Source: Alphaproteobacteria bacterium (GTDB lineage Bacteria; Pseudomonadota; Alphaproteobacteria; UBA828). Taken from it: DNA of 64,000 bases. Positions 50,254 through 61,049 of the stretch are shown here, piece after piece. Location of the stretch: the NCBI GenBank assembly GCA_965214705.1, contig OZ243972.1:3072001-3136000 (forward strand), written 5' to 3'. Position 1 is the stretch's first letter; each line of letters opens with the position of its first letter. A model generated the notes under the pieces. It did no database searches, had not been told where the DNA came from, and saw only the letters and a list, made by a program, of their open reading frames with translations. The position numbers and the translations under genes were made by a program.

Positions 50254-51447
50254 TCAGTCGGCGGCGGCGATCGCACCGTCGACAAATGCCAAGAGAAGCC
50301 TGCCAACCTCGTCGGGCTGTTCCTGCTGCACCCAATGACCTGCGTTCTCGATCAGATGACAGCCGACCATCCGAGTGCAGGCATTGCCCTGCATGCGTTC
50401 GAGTGCGCCAGGCACCTGGTAGTTGCCCCAGTCATGAAATCCCGCCATGTACATCGCCGGAATGTCGATCGTGCGACCGGAATACAGCGAGAGCTCCGCG
50501 TCGTTATGTCCTTCAGTCCTGTTGCGGTACCACTGTAGCCCGCCCTGAAAACCCGTGTGCGCGAACGCGGCGCTGTAGACCGCCAATTCATCTTCGGGAA
50601 GCCAAGAGCACCGCGAAATGTCGGCAGCGGACGGCATCTCGGTCGCCACTGTTTCCGCCATATTTTTCTTGCGATCCATGATGTAGTAGGTGGGCATCTT
50701 TGCCAGTTCTTCGGCGGACCAAGACGCGAGAGGAGAGGGCTGGTTTCCTGGCCAGTCTGCGCTCTTGTGATGGAAATACGCCCGCAAGAACCGGTGGATA
50801 CCTTGGGTGCATTTCACCATGTCGGACTGCGCTTGCCGGGTCGAATAATACCACTGGTAGTGCTTTCGCGGCCGCTCGAGTCGCGCCAGAGCCTCATCAA
50901 TTGGCGGCGACTTCGGCTTCGGCACGGACCCCAGGTCCTGAGTGCCGAACGGCAGAGCCGGGGCGCCCGCGAAGGGCGCGCTCATCAAGACGACCGAGCG
51001 AAACATGTCGGGCCGCATGAGGGCGCACCAGGCTGCGACCGACGCGCCGAAGTCATGACCCACGACACAGGCGATACTGCGGTACCCGAGGGCAAGCGTC
51101 AGGGCTACGGTGTCCTTCACGAGGTTGAGGAGGCGGAACGATGCGAGGTCGCCGTCATATCGACTGTCCCACCCCGTCGTGCGGCCGTATCCCCTTTGGT
51201 CAGGCGCAATCACGTGATATCCCGCCGCCGCCAATGGCGCCATGATTTTTCGCCAGGAATAGGACAGCTCCGGAAATCCGTGAAGCAGAATCACGCAGGG
51301 CGCCTGCAAGTGCTCGTGCCCTGCCTCCAGGACATGCATCCGCAAGCCGTTGACGCCCTCGACGAAGCGGGAACGGATGCCAGTTGGCAGAGGCGCATAG
51401 TCCGGCAGCTCAGACACGGGCACCCGGTCCGTCGTCTTGCGCCGCAA
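50254..51447 (-). CDS. alpha/beta hydrolase (epoxide hydrolase-like)
   Basis: LLHGFPE, PDQRGYG, GHDFGA, AGHWVQQEQP; start may be GTG 51417. Confidence 0.9.
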   Translation of the reverse strand: MRRKTTDRVPVSELPDYAPLPTGIRSRFVEGVNGLRMHVLEAGHEHLQAPCVILLHGFPELSYSWRKIMAPLAAAGYHVIAPDQRGYGRTTGWDSRYDGDLASFRLLNLVKDTVALTLALGYRSIACVVGHDFGASVAAWCALMRPDMFRSVVLMSAPFAGAPALPFGTQDLGSVPKPKSPPIDEALARLERPRKHYQWYYSTRQAQSDMVKCTQGIHRFLRAYFHHKSADWPGNQPSPLASWSAEELAKMPTYYIMDRKKNMAETVATEMPSAADISRCSWLPEDELAVYSAAFAHTGFQGGLQWYRNRTEGHNDAELSLYSGRTIDIPAMYMAGFHDWGNYQVPGALERMQGNACTRMVGCHLIENAGHWVQQEQPDEVGRLLLAFVDGAIAAAD

Positions 51448-51532
51448 CCGCTAGCGAACGCATGGCGTGCCCCGGACCTCGCGCTTGCTCACGGTGCGTA
51501 ATTGTTTGGATCCTCGATGACCGGCCCCGCGA

Positions 51533-51898
51533 TCACCGCAATTCGTTCGACCCAGCCGTTTGCTCGGTCACGGTCGCGCGTGTCATCTCGCGGATACGCC
51601 TGATCACCGATGGCGCCGCGGCGGTCCGGGGCGGCTCGATGTGGGTCACGCCGTCGATCCTCGCAAGGGCCGGTTCCACCGCGGCATGGAAGGTGAATGC
51701 CTGCGCCGGACATCCGCGACAGGCGCCCAGAAACTCCAGCGTGACACGGCCGTCATCGACACTGTCGATAACGACGTCTCCGGCGTGCCCCCTTATCCGC
51801 GCTCGCACGTCAGTCAGGGCGACATTGAGCGTGCGCCGCAAAGACTCGTCTTCCGGTCTTTCGGGAGCTTGCCGTTGCAGCGTTGTCACCCGAGCCAT
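51533..51898 (-). CDS. NifU C-terminal domain protein
   Basis: HAGDV...LEFLGACRGCP. Confidence 0.8.
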   Translation of the reverse strand: MARVTTLQRQAPERPEDESLRRTLNVALTDVRARIRGHAGDVVIDSVDDGRVTLEFLGACRGCPAQAFTFHAAVEPALARIDGVTHIEPPRTAAAPSVIRRIREMTRATVTEQTAGSNELR

Positions 51899-51901
51899 CG
51901 C

Positions 51902-52909
51902 CTAGACTGCCGGGCCCGCCAGAGCCTTCGCCTTCGCCTCGATATCGATGCCCATCATGTTGGCGAAGCTCAATCCGAAGATCTTCCGCCTGACCTCGTC
52001 GGTGATCGCGGGATAACCGTATTGGTCCTGGAGTTCCTCGGGCATTTCGAGAGTAGCAAGCGTATCGATATAGGCCTGAACGCCGGGCCACACGAAGGCA
52101 TCGGTGCCGTAGCAGACCCTGTCGGGGCCGACGAGAAGCAGGGACTGACCGAGGCGGTGAAGCATTTCGCGCGGCTGGACGAAGTAGAGATTGAACCAGA
52201 TGGGCATGACGATGAAGACGTTGGAAAAGCGGCTGGCGATGTTGATCATCTCGGCAACGTAGGGGTCGCCAAAATGATGCGCGCCGAAATGCAGGTCCGG
52301 AAAATCATAGGCCGCTTGCTGGAGATCGTTGGGGGCTAGATCCTCGACGCGCTGCCAGCCCAGCGGTAGGCCCTTGTGGAACTGGACGGCCTTGATTCCC
52401 AGCTTCAGAGCCCTTTCGTACAGCGGATAGGCCAGCTTCTCGTCGTCGGCCCGCCAGCTGTTGCGCATGTCCTGGGCCTGGTAGAATTTGAACCCGACCG
52501 CGCCCCACTCCTCGACTTGGCGATCCATCTCGTCGAGCCCCGCTTCGACCCCGCGATGCAGCGGGTCCACGCCACCGCAGAAGAACAGCCGGGACGGGTT
52601 TGAGCTGGCCAGCTCGTAGCTCAGCCGCGCAGGGGACATCCCTTCCTCGAACAGGCTCATCAGCGGCACCGTCTGAACCATGGCGAAGTCGGTATCCGAT
52701 TCGTCGAAGAGAACTCGGTTCGCCCACTCGTGGCTGGGCGGATTCTCCACCACCTCATGGGATACCGTGTGTCCCCCCCGATGGACCGTCCAGTCGAGCG
52801 CGCCATGGACCGCATCCTTGAGATGGTGCGCGTCATCGTTCCTCATGTTTGTGGCGCGAAAGTCGTGCGGATGGACGACCGCGTCGAAGACCAGCATATC
52901 GTTGTGCAT
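51902..52909 (-). CDS. amidohydrolase 2 family metallo-enzyme
   Basis: VFDAVVH, GFKFY, FHKG, AHHFG, YGTD. Confidence 0.88.
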   Translation of the reverse strand: MHNDMLVFDAVVHPHDFRATNMRNDDAHHLKDAVHGALDWTVHRGGHTVSHEVVENPPSHEWANRVLFDESDTDFAMVQTVPLMSLFEEGMSPARLSYELASSNPSRLFFCGGVDPLHRGVEAGLDEMDRQVEEWGAVGFKFYQAQDMRNSWRADDEKLAYPLYERALKLGIKAVQFHKGLPLGWQRVEDLAPNDLQQAAYDFPDLHFGAHHFGDPYVAEMINIASRFSNVFIVMPIWFNLYFVQPREMLHRLGQSLLLVGPDRVCYGTDAFVWPGVQAYIDTLATLEMPEELQDQYGYPAITDEVRRKIFGLSFANMMGIDIEAKAKALAGPAV

Positions 52910-52980
52910 TGCACGTCACCCTTCCGACGGATTCCGATCGAATCCGCATCCGCCCTGCGAACCGAGCGACTGCGCGTATC

Positions 52981-54132
52981 TCAGTCCGAACGTCTTCGCA
53001 TGGCCTCGTCGAAGGAATTCAGGCGATGACCGGACTCGCGATCGAACAGATGGAGCGCTGTAGGCCGATAGCCCAGGCGGTGCTGATCGCCTGACAGATC
53101 CCGCGCTTCCCTGCGGCGTTGCACCACCGTCAGCAGCTGCCCCTTAAGGTCCACGGTGAGGACCGAGATTTCTCCGAGCTGCTCGGAGCGCACGAACTGC
53201 GCCGGGCTCTCGAAGACATGTTCCATCTCTCCATCATCCGCAAAGAACAATTCCGACGGCCGCACCCCGAGCAGAAGGTCGTTCGCGCGCTCGCTGATGT
53301 GGGCGCCTTGGGGCAGCCCGATTTCCACACCGGTCTCGGCGACCAGCGGTGCTGAGGATCCGTTCTCGAACCGGCAAGGGATGAAATTCATCGGTGGCTC
53401 GCCGACGAAGTCCGCGACGAAAAGATTTGAGGGTCGCATGACAATGTCCGACGGCGTGCCCAACTGTTGAAGCAGGCCGTCGTTCAGGACGATCACGCGA
53501 TCGGCCAGTTCGAGCGCCTCCTCCTGATCGTGCGTAATCAGGATCATCGTCAGGCCGTGCTCCTGCTGCAGCGACTTGAGTTTTGCAACGACCTCGTTGC
53601 GAAACTGAAGGTCGAGATGCGACAGGGGCTCATCGAGGATGTGGACATCGGCCGGCTTGATGAGCGCCCGGCCCAGCGACACCATTTGCCGATGACCGCC
53701 GCTCAGCGCGGCCGGCTTGCTGTTGGCGACGTCGCCGAGGTTCAGATACTCGAGGATTTCGTGAACGCGTGCCCTGATTGCCTGCCGGTCGTATTTCTTC
53801 AGGTTCTTGAGCGGAAATCCAAGGTTCTGCTGGACGGTCATAGCCGGATAGAGGGCATAGTTCTCGAAGGCCAGCGATACGTTGCGCCGTTGCGGGGGCA
53901 CATCGTTGACGCGCTGACCGCTGATCGTGACCTCGCCGGCACTCGCCTGCTCGAGCCCCGCGATCATCCGCATCAGCGAGCTCTTGCCGGAGCCTGATGG
54001 GCCGAGAACCGACAGGATCTCGCCGCTGCGACATTCGAGATCCACGCCCCGGACTGCGTGCAACGGCCCCTTGCTGGTGGGATAGATCTTGTGGACGTCG
54101 TTGAGGCCGACAACGATTTCGTCGTTGCTCAT
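52981..54132 (-). CDS. MalK-like ABC ATP-binding protein
   Basis: GPSGSGKSS, LSGGHRQ, LDEPLS. Confidence 0.92.
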   Translation of the reverse strand: MSNDEIVVGLNDVHKIYPTSKGPLHAVRGVDLECRSGEILSVLGPSGSGKSSLMRMIAGLEQASAGEVTISGQRVNDVPPQRRNVSLAFENYALYPAMTVQQNLGFPLKNLKKYDRQAIRARVHEILEYLNLGDVANSKPAALSGGHRQMVSLGRALIKPADVHILDEPLSHLDLQFRNEVVAKLKSLQQEHGLTMILITHDQEEALELADRVIVLNDGLLQQLGTPSDIVMRPSNLFVADFVGEPPMNFIPCRFENGSSAPLVAETGVEIGLPQGAHISERANDLLLGVRPSELFFADDGEMEHVFESPAQFVRSEQLGEISVLTVDLKGQLLTVVQRRREARDLSGDQHRLGYRPTALHLFDRESGHRLNSFDEAMRRRSD

Positions 54133-55283
54133 GCCGGGGCCCCTTGGACCGCGATATCGCCGAGACGACGCTCGGTGAGCTGCTCGAAAACGAGAATTTT
54201 CGAGAGATCGAGCTGGATGTTGATCTTCTCGCCGAATGCCGGATGGGCCTGCGCGGCCAGTGTCGCCTGGACCACCTCCCGTCCGGTGTCCGCGATGACC
54301 GATTGCGCGGCATCCTGCTGCACCTTGACGGCTCGAACGGTGGCGCTTAGTCCGCCGTTCCGGTTGCTGCCGTCCCACCAGCAGTCCATCGGCCGGATTC
54401 CAAGCCAGACGGGGCCTCCCTCGAAGGCGTTGCCGGACTGAACGTTCAACGCGCCGAGCGCCCGGTGATCGTCATCCTCGGCACTCCCCAGTCGAACCAA
54501 CCCGTCCTCGACGAAGCCGCCGACGACATTCATGGGCGGATTGCCGACGAACCGCGCGACAAAAAGGGTCGAGGGTTGCTCGAATATCTCCTCCTGGGTT
54601 CCGACCTGCTCGATAACGCCTTCCCGAATGACCGCGATCCGATCGCCCAGTGCGAACGCCTCGCGATAGTCATGCGTGACATAGATCATGGTGGCCCGAA
54701 GGCTTGACACCATGCGCTTGAACTCGGTGCGCATCGACATGCGCAGCTTGGCATCGAGATGCGCAAGCGGCTCGTCAAGCAGATAGATGGAGGCGTCGCG
54801 CACGAGGCACCGAGCCAGAGACACGCGCTGGCGCTGCCCGCCGCTCAATTGATCGGTCTGACGGTCCAGCAGGTGGTGGATGCCTAACATTTCGGTGATT
54901 TGCTTGATCCGGTCCTCAATCTCGCTCTCGCTCATCCCGGCGACCTCCGCCCTCTTCGACCGAAGCGGGAAGGCGATGTTGTCGTGGACCGAAAGATGCG
55001 GATACAGGGCATAGTGTTCGAAGGTCATGCCGACCCGGCGGGCCCAGGGGCCGTCCTTGGTGGCGAGCTTTCCCTCGAACATGACCGCTCCATCGTCGGC
55101 CCTCTCCAGCCCGGCGATGACGCGCAGCATCGTAGTTTTTCCGGCACCTGACGGGCCCGCGAGCACCAGGCATTCGCCCTTTTGCACCGAGATGCTCACC
55201 TCGTTCAGCGCGACGGTCTTGTCGAACCGTTTCGAGACTGCGCGGAGCTCGACGACGTCCTGCGCTTCGCGCTCCGTTCTCAC
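54129..55283 (-). CDS. MalK-like ABC ATP-binding protein
   Basis: GPSGAGKTT, LSGGQRQRV, LDEPLAHLDAKLR. Confidence 0.92.
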   Translation of the reverse strand: MRTEREAQDVVELRAVSKRFDKTVALNEVSISVQKGECLVLAGPSGAGKTTMLRVIAGLERADDGAVMFEGKLATKDGPWARRVGMTFEHYALYPHLSVHDNIAFPLRSKRAEVAGMSESEIEDRIKQITEMLGIHHLLDRQTDQLSGGQRQRVSLARCLVRDASIYLLDEPLAHLDAKLRMSMRTEFKRMVSSLRATMIYVTHDYREAFALGDRIAVIREGVIEQVGTQEEIFEQPSTLFVARFVGNPPMNVVGGFVEDGLVRLGSAEDDDHRALGALNVQSGNAFEGGPVWLGIRPMDCWWDGSNRNGGLSATVRAVKVQQDAAQSVIADTGREVVQATLAAQAHPAFGEKINIQLDLSKILVFEQLTERRLGDIAVQGAPA

Positions 55284-55286
55284 GGC

Positions 55287-56201
55287 CTAACCCCTCACGC
55301 CGCCGAGGCCGACGCCCTTGGCGAGAAACGCCACGACAATTCCGTAGAGTATGAGCACCGGTACGATCGCGAGGGTAGACAGCGCCATGATCTTTCCCCA
55401 CTCGACCCCCCACGGCGAGCCGGCAAGCGTTGCCAGGGCCAGCGGCAGCGTGCCCGCCCCCGCCATCGTCGTGGTGATGAGGGCGAACAGGAACTCGTTC
55501 CACGCGAAAATGAATATGAAGATCGAGGTGGTGGCGATGCCGACCGTAAGCAGCGGCAGGGTCACTTTTCGGAATACGGCGAACGGCCGGTAGCCGTCGA
55601 CATGCGCGGCCTCCTCCAACTCTACCGGCACGCTCCGCACGAATGAGCGCATGATCCAGACGGCCAGCGGCAGGTTGAAGACGGTGTAGAGCAGGATCAG
55701 CGCCAGCAGCGTGTCGTTGACACCGATGAAGCGAATGAGGAGGAGGATCGGGATCGCGATGGCGATGGGCGGCATCATTCTCTGGCTCAGAATGAAGAAC
55801 GCCAGATCCTCGCGCCCGCGGAAGCGGTACCGCTCCAAGCCATAGGCCGCGAGCGTGCCGATACCGACCGCGAGTATGGTGCTGACGACGCCGGCGATCA
55901 GGCTGTTCATGATCCCGGGCATCAGGTGGCTCTCGAAGACCACGATGTAGTTCTCGTACGTAATCTCCTCGGGCCAGAGGATCGAGCCGGCGGTCGAGAT
56001 CGCGGCCTGGGGACGGATGCTCGTGATGAACATCCAGTAGAGCGGAAACAGCACGATGAACCCGAATATCGCGAGCACGATATGCGCCAGGATGCGCCCG
56101 ACCGTCCACTTCGCCTTCTGCTCAGTGGTGTCCGGCATCGGAACGTCGACGTGGGTGTGCTTAAGCTCGAAATGACCCGACGTCGACGTGGTTGCGGTCA
56201 T
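55287..56201 (-). CDS. carbohydrate ABC permease (MalG-like)
   Basis: ELEEAAHVDG, FAWNEFLFA. Confidence 0.92.
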   Translation of the reverse strand: MTATTSTSGHFELKHTHVDVPMPDTTEQKAKWTVGRILAHIVLAIFGFIVLFPLYWMFITSIRPQAAISTAGSILWPEEITYENYIVVFESHLMPGIMNSLIAGVVSTILAVGIGTLAAYGLERYRFRGREDLAFFILSQRMMPPIAIAIPILLLIRFIGVNDTLLALILLYTVFNLPLAVWIMRSFVRSVPVELEEAAHVDGYRPFAVFRKVTLPLLTVGIATTSIFIFIFAWNEFLFALITTTMAGAGTLPLALATLAGSPWGVEWGKIMALSTLAIVPVLILYGIVVAFLAKGVGLGGVRG

Positions 56202-56237
56202 CGGGGATTCCCCTCGGGTGCTGCCACTATCCTGCGG

Positions 56238-57122
56238 TTACACACTGAAGAGCTTCTTTCCGAAACTCTTGAACAGAACCATCGCTGCGATCACCACCGC
56301 GATCAGAAGGACCCAGGCGATCGCGGCGCCGTAGCTCAACTGGAAGGTCTTGAAGCCGACCTGATAGGCATAGAACGACAGCGTTTCGGTCGCGTTTCCC
56401 GGGCCCCCGGATGTGAGGGCGAAGATGATGTCGAACAACTTGACGATCTCGATGCCTCGAATCACCAACATGATCACGAACAAGGAGACGATCGCGGGAA
56501 AGGTTATCGCCCGAAACACCTGCCACGGATTGGCGCGATCGAGAAGGGCCGCCTCGTAGGGCTCGCTGCGGATGCTGATGATTCCCGCGACAAACACGAC
56601 GGTCAGGAACGGTGTCCATTGCCACGTGTCGGTCACCAGCACCGCGATCAGCGCCGGCCCGGACTGGCCGACCCAGTCGATGTTGATGTCCTGCTGGGTG
56701 ATCGCGCTCAGGAATGCATTGATCGGCCCACCCTGCGGACTGAACAGAAGGCGGAATATGTACCCTGTTGCGATGGGATTGATGAAGGCGGGGAGGAACG
56801 CGATCACCAGCAGGACGCGCCGCCCGATGATGTCCTTACGCGCCAGCAGCAGCGCGAGGCCTAGTGCGATCGTGCCCTGAAGAAACAGGCCGCCCGCGAG
56901 AAGAATGACCGTCACGCGGATCCCGTTGAAGAACCGCGGGTCGCTAAATGCGCTTTCGAAGTTGCCGCCACCGACAAAGGGTGGGTTGGCAGCCGTCAGC
57001 GGAGACCAGTTGTGGACCGCCAACCATACTGCGTAGCCCAATGGAAAAATGGAAATGGCGAGGATCAGGATCATCGCCGGCGCGAGATAGAGTACCCATT
57101 CGGGCACCGCGCCGCGTCTCAT
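56238..57122 (-). CDS. carbohydrate ABC permease (MalF-like)
   Basis: DTWQWTPF, YEAALLD, TSGGPGNATETL. Confidence 0.92.
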   Translation of the reverse strand: MRRGAVPEWVLYLAPAMILILAISIFPLGYAVWLAVHNWSPLTAANPPFVGGGNFESAFSDPRFFNGIRVTVILLAGGLFLQGTIALGLALLLARKDIIGRRVLLVIAFLPAFINPIATGYIFRLLFSPQGGPINAFLSAITQQDINIDWVGQSGPALIAVLVTDTWQWTPFLTVVFVAGIISIRSEPYEAALLDRANPWQVFRAITFPAIVSLFVIMLVIRGIEIVKLFDIIFALTSGGPGNATETLSFYAYQVGFKTFQLSYGAAIAWVLLIAVVIAAMVLFKSFGKKLFSV

Positions 57123-57159
57123 CCGTTCACCTCCCCATTTCCAGGACCGCCTGTGAGCT

Positions 57160-58806
57160 TTATGAGAGAGTGTAGCGCTGAGAGGTCTTCTGGTACCACA
57201 TCTTCAGCACATCCTTTCCCCTCTGATCGATTACCCGCGCCCACTCTTCGGCGATTGCATCGACTGCCTCCTTCGCAGTCTTGCTGCCTTCGAGAGCCGC
57301 GCCCTTGTGATTGACGATCGAGTCGTAGAGCTGCTTCTGGCCGGGTATGCGGAGATCCGGCACCGAGAGCAGCATGCTCTGCCTCTGCGCTTCGAAATAT
57401 GACGGGTTGGCGTCGGCGTAGAAGGCCACGATCTCGGGATCCTCGAACTCCCAGTCGTGGTAGATCTCGAACTCCGCATACTGGCGCAGCTCGATCGAGA
57501 CCCGCCGGGCACCGGTGCACAGCCACCGCATCAGGTCATAGGCTGCGTCGGGGTTCTCGGAGGTCGAGGCGAGCATCCAGCCCCAACCCCAGGACGCCGT
57601 CGGCATCCGCCTGACCTCAGGCAGCGTGACCCAGCTGCCCGACGCGGTGTCGAACACCTCGGCCGATCCCGGAATGATGAACGCGCCGGTCGCCTTCATC
57701 CCGTTGGGGATCTTGCTGCGGCCCGGATCGGCTGCGATCTTCTGCATTGCCGGCCAGGTCATCCCCATCGAGAGGCGCCCGCTCTGCCAGTATTCCTGGA
57801 GATCGCCCCAGTTCAGAGACTGCGCGTTCGGCGGGGAGTACCTCTCGGACGACGACATGATGAGGTCTTCCATCGCCCTGACGCCAGCCTCGTTGTTGAT
57901 TAGAGGCTCCATCGTCTCCCGATCGAAGTATACGTCGCCCGCGCGCATCTGCTCGTCGGTTCCGTGCTGAAGATAGGTGGTGTAGCGCCAGAGGAAGTGC
58001 CAGGGCGAGGCCACCGTCGCGTTGATGTCGTGATGGCCGAAGACCGTCTGGCCGTCGATTTCGCGATTGTTGAAGAACTCCGCGATATCGTAGTACTTGG
58101 GCCAAGTATCCGGGAACCAGGCGTTGTCGACCTCCAGTTCGTAACCGTACTTCTGCGCGAACTCATCGCCGTGCTGGATCCACCAGTCCTTGCGATAGAA
58201 GCCCTGGTGATTATCGCCATCGAAATTGATGTGGTAGACATGAGGCTCTTCCGTCCTCGGGTCGATGCTCCAGATAACCTGGTCGCGCAGCACCGGGAAC
58301 ACCGAATCGTACTCCACACCGCCCTCGTCGTAGCTGGCGGAAAGAGGCGCCTGCTTGATGTAGTCGTCGAGCGAGACCGCGTATCCGCCAGCGACGAGGT
58401 CGGCAGACTGGTTGAAGGGCATCAGCATCATGTCGAACGCGCTGCCGCCGGTGGCGAATTCAGCCAGAACCTTCTCGTACATTTCGCCGCCCGGCAGCTC
58501 GACCACCCTGAGCTCGGCGCCGGTGAGCTCGGCCCAATCGGCTGCCTCGATATACGCGAATGCCCCGAACTTCCCGCCCGGCTGCGCGAGGGTCAGCGTC
58601 ACGTCCTCGTACGAAGGCATGTCTGCCGCGCGCGCCGGCCGCCGCTTGAGACCCTTCACGACCGCGGCGGCCGTCGTCGCCGACATGCCGGCCGCCACCA
58701 GGCCCTTGAGCATTCCCCTACGGGTCAGCTTGCCGGCGGCAACCCCCTTGGATAGGTCGTTAAGCGTTGAAATGGGAAAAGACTTGTCGGTCAGTCTTGT
58801 CTTCAT
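57160..58806 (-). CDS. extracellular solute-binding protein (CUT1 type) with Tat signal
   Basis: LTRRGMLKGL; FYRKDW; upstream of the permeases; GGGAGG RBS. Confidence 0.88.
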   Translation of the reverse strand: MKTRLTDKSFPISTLNDLSKGVAAGKLTRRGMLKGLVAAGMSATTAAAVVKGLKRRPARAADMPSYEDVTLTLAQPGGKFGAFAYIEAADWAELTGAELRVVELPGGEMYEKVLAEFATGGSAFDMMLMPFNQSADLVAGGYAVSLDDYIKQAPLSASYDEGGVEYDSVFPVLRDQVIWSIDPRTEEPHVYHINFDGDNHQGFYRKDWWIQHGDEFAQKYGYELEVDNAWFPDTWPKYYDIAEFFNNREIDGQTVFGHHDINATVASPWHFLWRYTTYLQHGTDEQMRAGDVYFDRETMEPLINNEAGVRAMEDLIMSSSERYSPPNAQSLNWGDLQEYWQSGRLSMGMTWPAMQKIAADPGRSKIPNGMKATGAFIIPGSAEVFDTASGSWVTLPEVRRMPTASWGWGWMLASTSENPDAAYDLMRWLCTGARRVSIELRQYAEFEIYHDWEFEDPEIVAFYADANPSYFEAQRQSMLLSVPDLRIPGQKQLYDSIVNHKGAALEGSKTAKEAVDAIAEEWARVIDQRGKDVLKMWYQKTSQRYTLS

Positions 58807-58978
58807 CTCAGCCTCCCATTGTCGGTTCGTTTTGATTTGATTTGTGTGACCGTCTTCGGGCGTGTGCCGGTTATGTCGTCAGTCGATCAGCATCCCTCCC
58901 GAAACACGCCATTTGCACGGGGCAGAAGCATGCTGCGCGCTTCATGCCCGGATACGGGATGCAGGTGGCTGGATCGCA

Positions 58979-60343
58979 TCACTGGCCCGCCTCCTCGCTC
59001 GACGCCAGATCGATGTAGCCGCCGCGCGAGCGTATCTCTGCCTGCACTTCGGAAACCGATATCGAGGGCACATCGACGTTGCGGGCGGCAACCATGCCAG
59101 CCGTCACCCCGGCGCCTTCGCCGGTGACCATGCACGCCCCCATGTTGCGGGTGGACGCATGCGCCACCGAGTCGACCGAGATGCACCGCCCCGCGACCAG
59201 GAGATTGGAGAAGCCCGCCGGAATGAGACATCGGAGCGGAATGCCGAACGATCCGTCCCCTCCGATCTCCACGAACGAGGCTTGCCCGGTGTCCGGATCA
59301 TGTATGTCAACCGGGAAGCACGCCTCACCGATGGAATCGTCGAACTTCCGTCCGCTGAGCACGTCATTGCGTACGATCTGATAGTGCCCCTTAATGTTGC
59401 GGGTTTCGCGCACGCCCGCGAAAGCTGATGGCACGTAATGGACTCCTTGGAAGCCGTCGACGTTGCGCTTGAGGAACTCGCCGATCCGGGCCGTCTGTCG
59501 AATCAACTGGACACTCGCCCGCGACAGCGCGATCGGGTCGGTCCCATCAATTCCGAAGACTGCCGCGGTGTTGACATTCAATTGATTCGGCCAAACCGAA
59601 TTGAAGAAAACCATCTGATCGCAATTGGGAACAATCTTTTCGCGCAGCACTTGGTCGTTCCATTGCGAAAGTGATCCTCTGAAATAAACCGGGAAAGGCT
59701 CGGGATGGTCAGCCCTCGTGGCGCGGGCAATCGGGCTGTTGGCGAGCGCGCTGGCGACCTTTTCGTTATCCGTTCCGAAGCAGCGCAGAAGCATTGAAAT
59801 CGGCTGCATCTTGCCGGTTTCCTCGTGCCCCATGCGAAATTCGGCGCCCGCTGCTGCTGCGACGTCGCCGTCGCCACTGCTGTCCACCACCACTTTCGCG
59901 TCGATCGGACGGACACTGTTCTTCATCGCGACGTGGACTGTGGAAATACGTCCGTCGGACGAATCGACCCCCACAGCGTTGACGCCGTAGATGACGATCA
60001 CGCCTGCCTCGGCCAATTTCTCGGTCACTAGAATGCGGAACAGATCGCCGTCCACCGGCGTGACTGAGTGATAATGCTCTCCGTAGGGGATGTGCCCGAC
60101 GGCACCGCCGCGTTCGATCAGGTCCGAGACGATCTCCTGGCCGATGCCGAAGACGACCTGCTTGCCAAGCTTCGTCTTGAAGGCGTGAAGGCACAGGCCG
60201 GTCGTCGCATTTCCACCGACGAAGGGCTTGTTTTCGAGAAGAATGGTTTCGGCACCGCTCCGCCTGGCGGCCAGAGCGGCCACCACACCCGTGACGCCGC
60301 CACCCACAACCAGAACGTCGCACTGCAGGGTGTCGGCGCTCAT
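58979..60343 (-). CDS. FAD-dependent oxidoreductase
   Basis: DVLVVGGGVTG, VDSSGDGDVA, GVRETR, NLLVAGRCIS. Confidence 0.9.
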   Translation of the reverse strand: MSADTLQCDVLVVGGGVTGVVAALAARRSGAETILLENKPFVGGNATTGLCLHAFKTKLGKQVVFGIGQEIVSDLIERGGAVGHIPYGEHYHSVTPVDGDLFRILVTEKLAEAGVIVIYGVNAVGVDSSDGRISTVHVAMKNSVRPIDAKVVVDSSGDGDVAAAAGAEFRMGHEETGKMQPISMLLRCFGTDNEKVASALANSPIARATRADHPEPFPVYFRGSLSQWNDQVLREKIVPNCDQMVFFNSVWPNQLNVNTAAVFGIDGTDPIALSRASVQLIRQTARIGEFLKRNVDGFQGVHYVPSAFAGVRETRNIKGHYQIVRNDVLSGRKFDDSIGEACFPVDIHDPDTGQASFVEIGGDGSFGIPLRCLIPAGFSNLLVAGRCISVDSVAHASTRNMGACMVTGEGAGVTAGMVAARNVDVPSISVSEVQAEIRSRGGYIDLASSEEAGQ

Positions 60344-61005
60344 CGTCCGCCCCCCGTCTTGATGACGTCACCCCTCATGTGGCGCAACGCGACGTCGGCC
60401 CAATAGGAGATGTGCTCGCGCATGTGTTTCTCGGCGAGTTTCGAGTTCCTGTCGGCGATGGCCTGGATGACGCGCAAGTGCTGGTGCGCGGCGATCTTGG
60501 ACAGTTCGAAGGTCGCCTGGACGTAGGAGATCCTTCGGACAAGTCGAAAGCGATCGGAGATGGAGCCGCCGAATTCGATGATCATCGAATTGCCGCTGCC
60601 ATCTATGATGGCGGCGTGCAGCTGGTCTCCGAGATTGGAGAGGATCTCCGTCTCCGACGGGACGGATGCACGGATGATCGCTTGGATGGGATCGTGAAAA
60701 CGAACGAGCTCGCCGGAGTCCATGCGTTCAGCAGCCAGCCGTGCCGCCATGCCCTCGACCGCCTCGCGCACGTGGTAGAGACTCTCGATGTTGCTCGCGT
60801 TGTACTGGCAAACCCATGCGCCCCGGGTCGGCCGGATGACGACCAGCCCGTCATGCTCAAGCTTGGAGAGGGCCTCTCTGATGGGAAGCCGGCTCACGCC
60901 GAGTTCTTCTGCCAACGCTCGTTCAGCCAGCGGATCGCCCGGAGAGTAGTACCCGGAAATGATCCGTTCTCTGACGGCAGCCACAACCTCGTCCTGCTTT
61001 CGCAA
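60340..61005 (-). CDS. GntR (FCD) transcriptional regulator
   Basis: ERALAEELGVSRLPIREAL. Confidence 0.9.
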   Translation of the reverse strand: MRKQDEVVAAVRERIISGYYSPGDPLAERALAEELGVSRLPIREALSKLEHDGLVVIRPTRGAWVCQYNASNIESLYHVREAVEGMAARLAAERMDSGELVRFHDPIQAIIRASVPSETEILSNLGDQLHAAIIDGSGNSMIIEFGGSISDRFRLVRRISYVQATFELSKIAAHQHLRVIQAIADRNSKLAEKHMREHISYWADVALRHMRGDVIKTGGGR

Positions 61006-61039
61006 CGTACTGGAACCTGAAACCCCCTATGCTATACTC

Positions 61040-61049
61040 TGGTATACCA
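61040..61049. promoter_or_regulatory. GntR/FadR-type operator candidate
   Basis: perfect palindrome TGGTATACCA 35 bp upstream of gntR. Confidence 0.55.
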
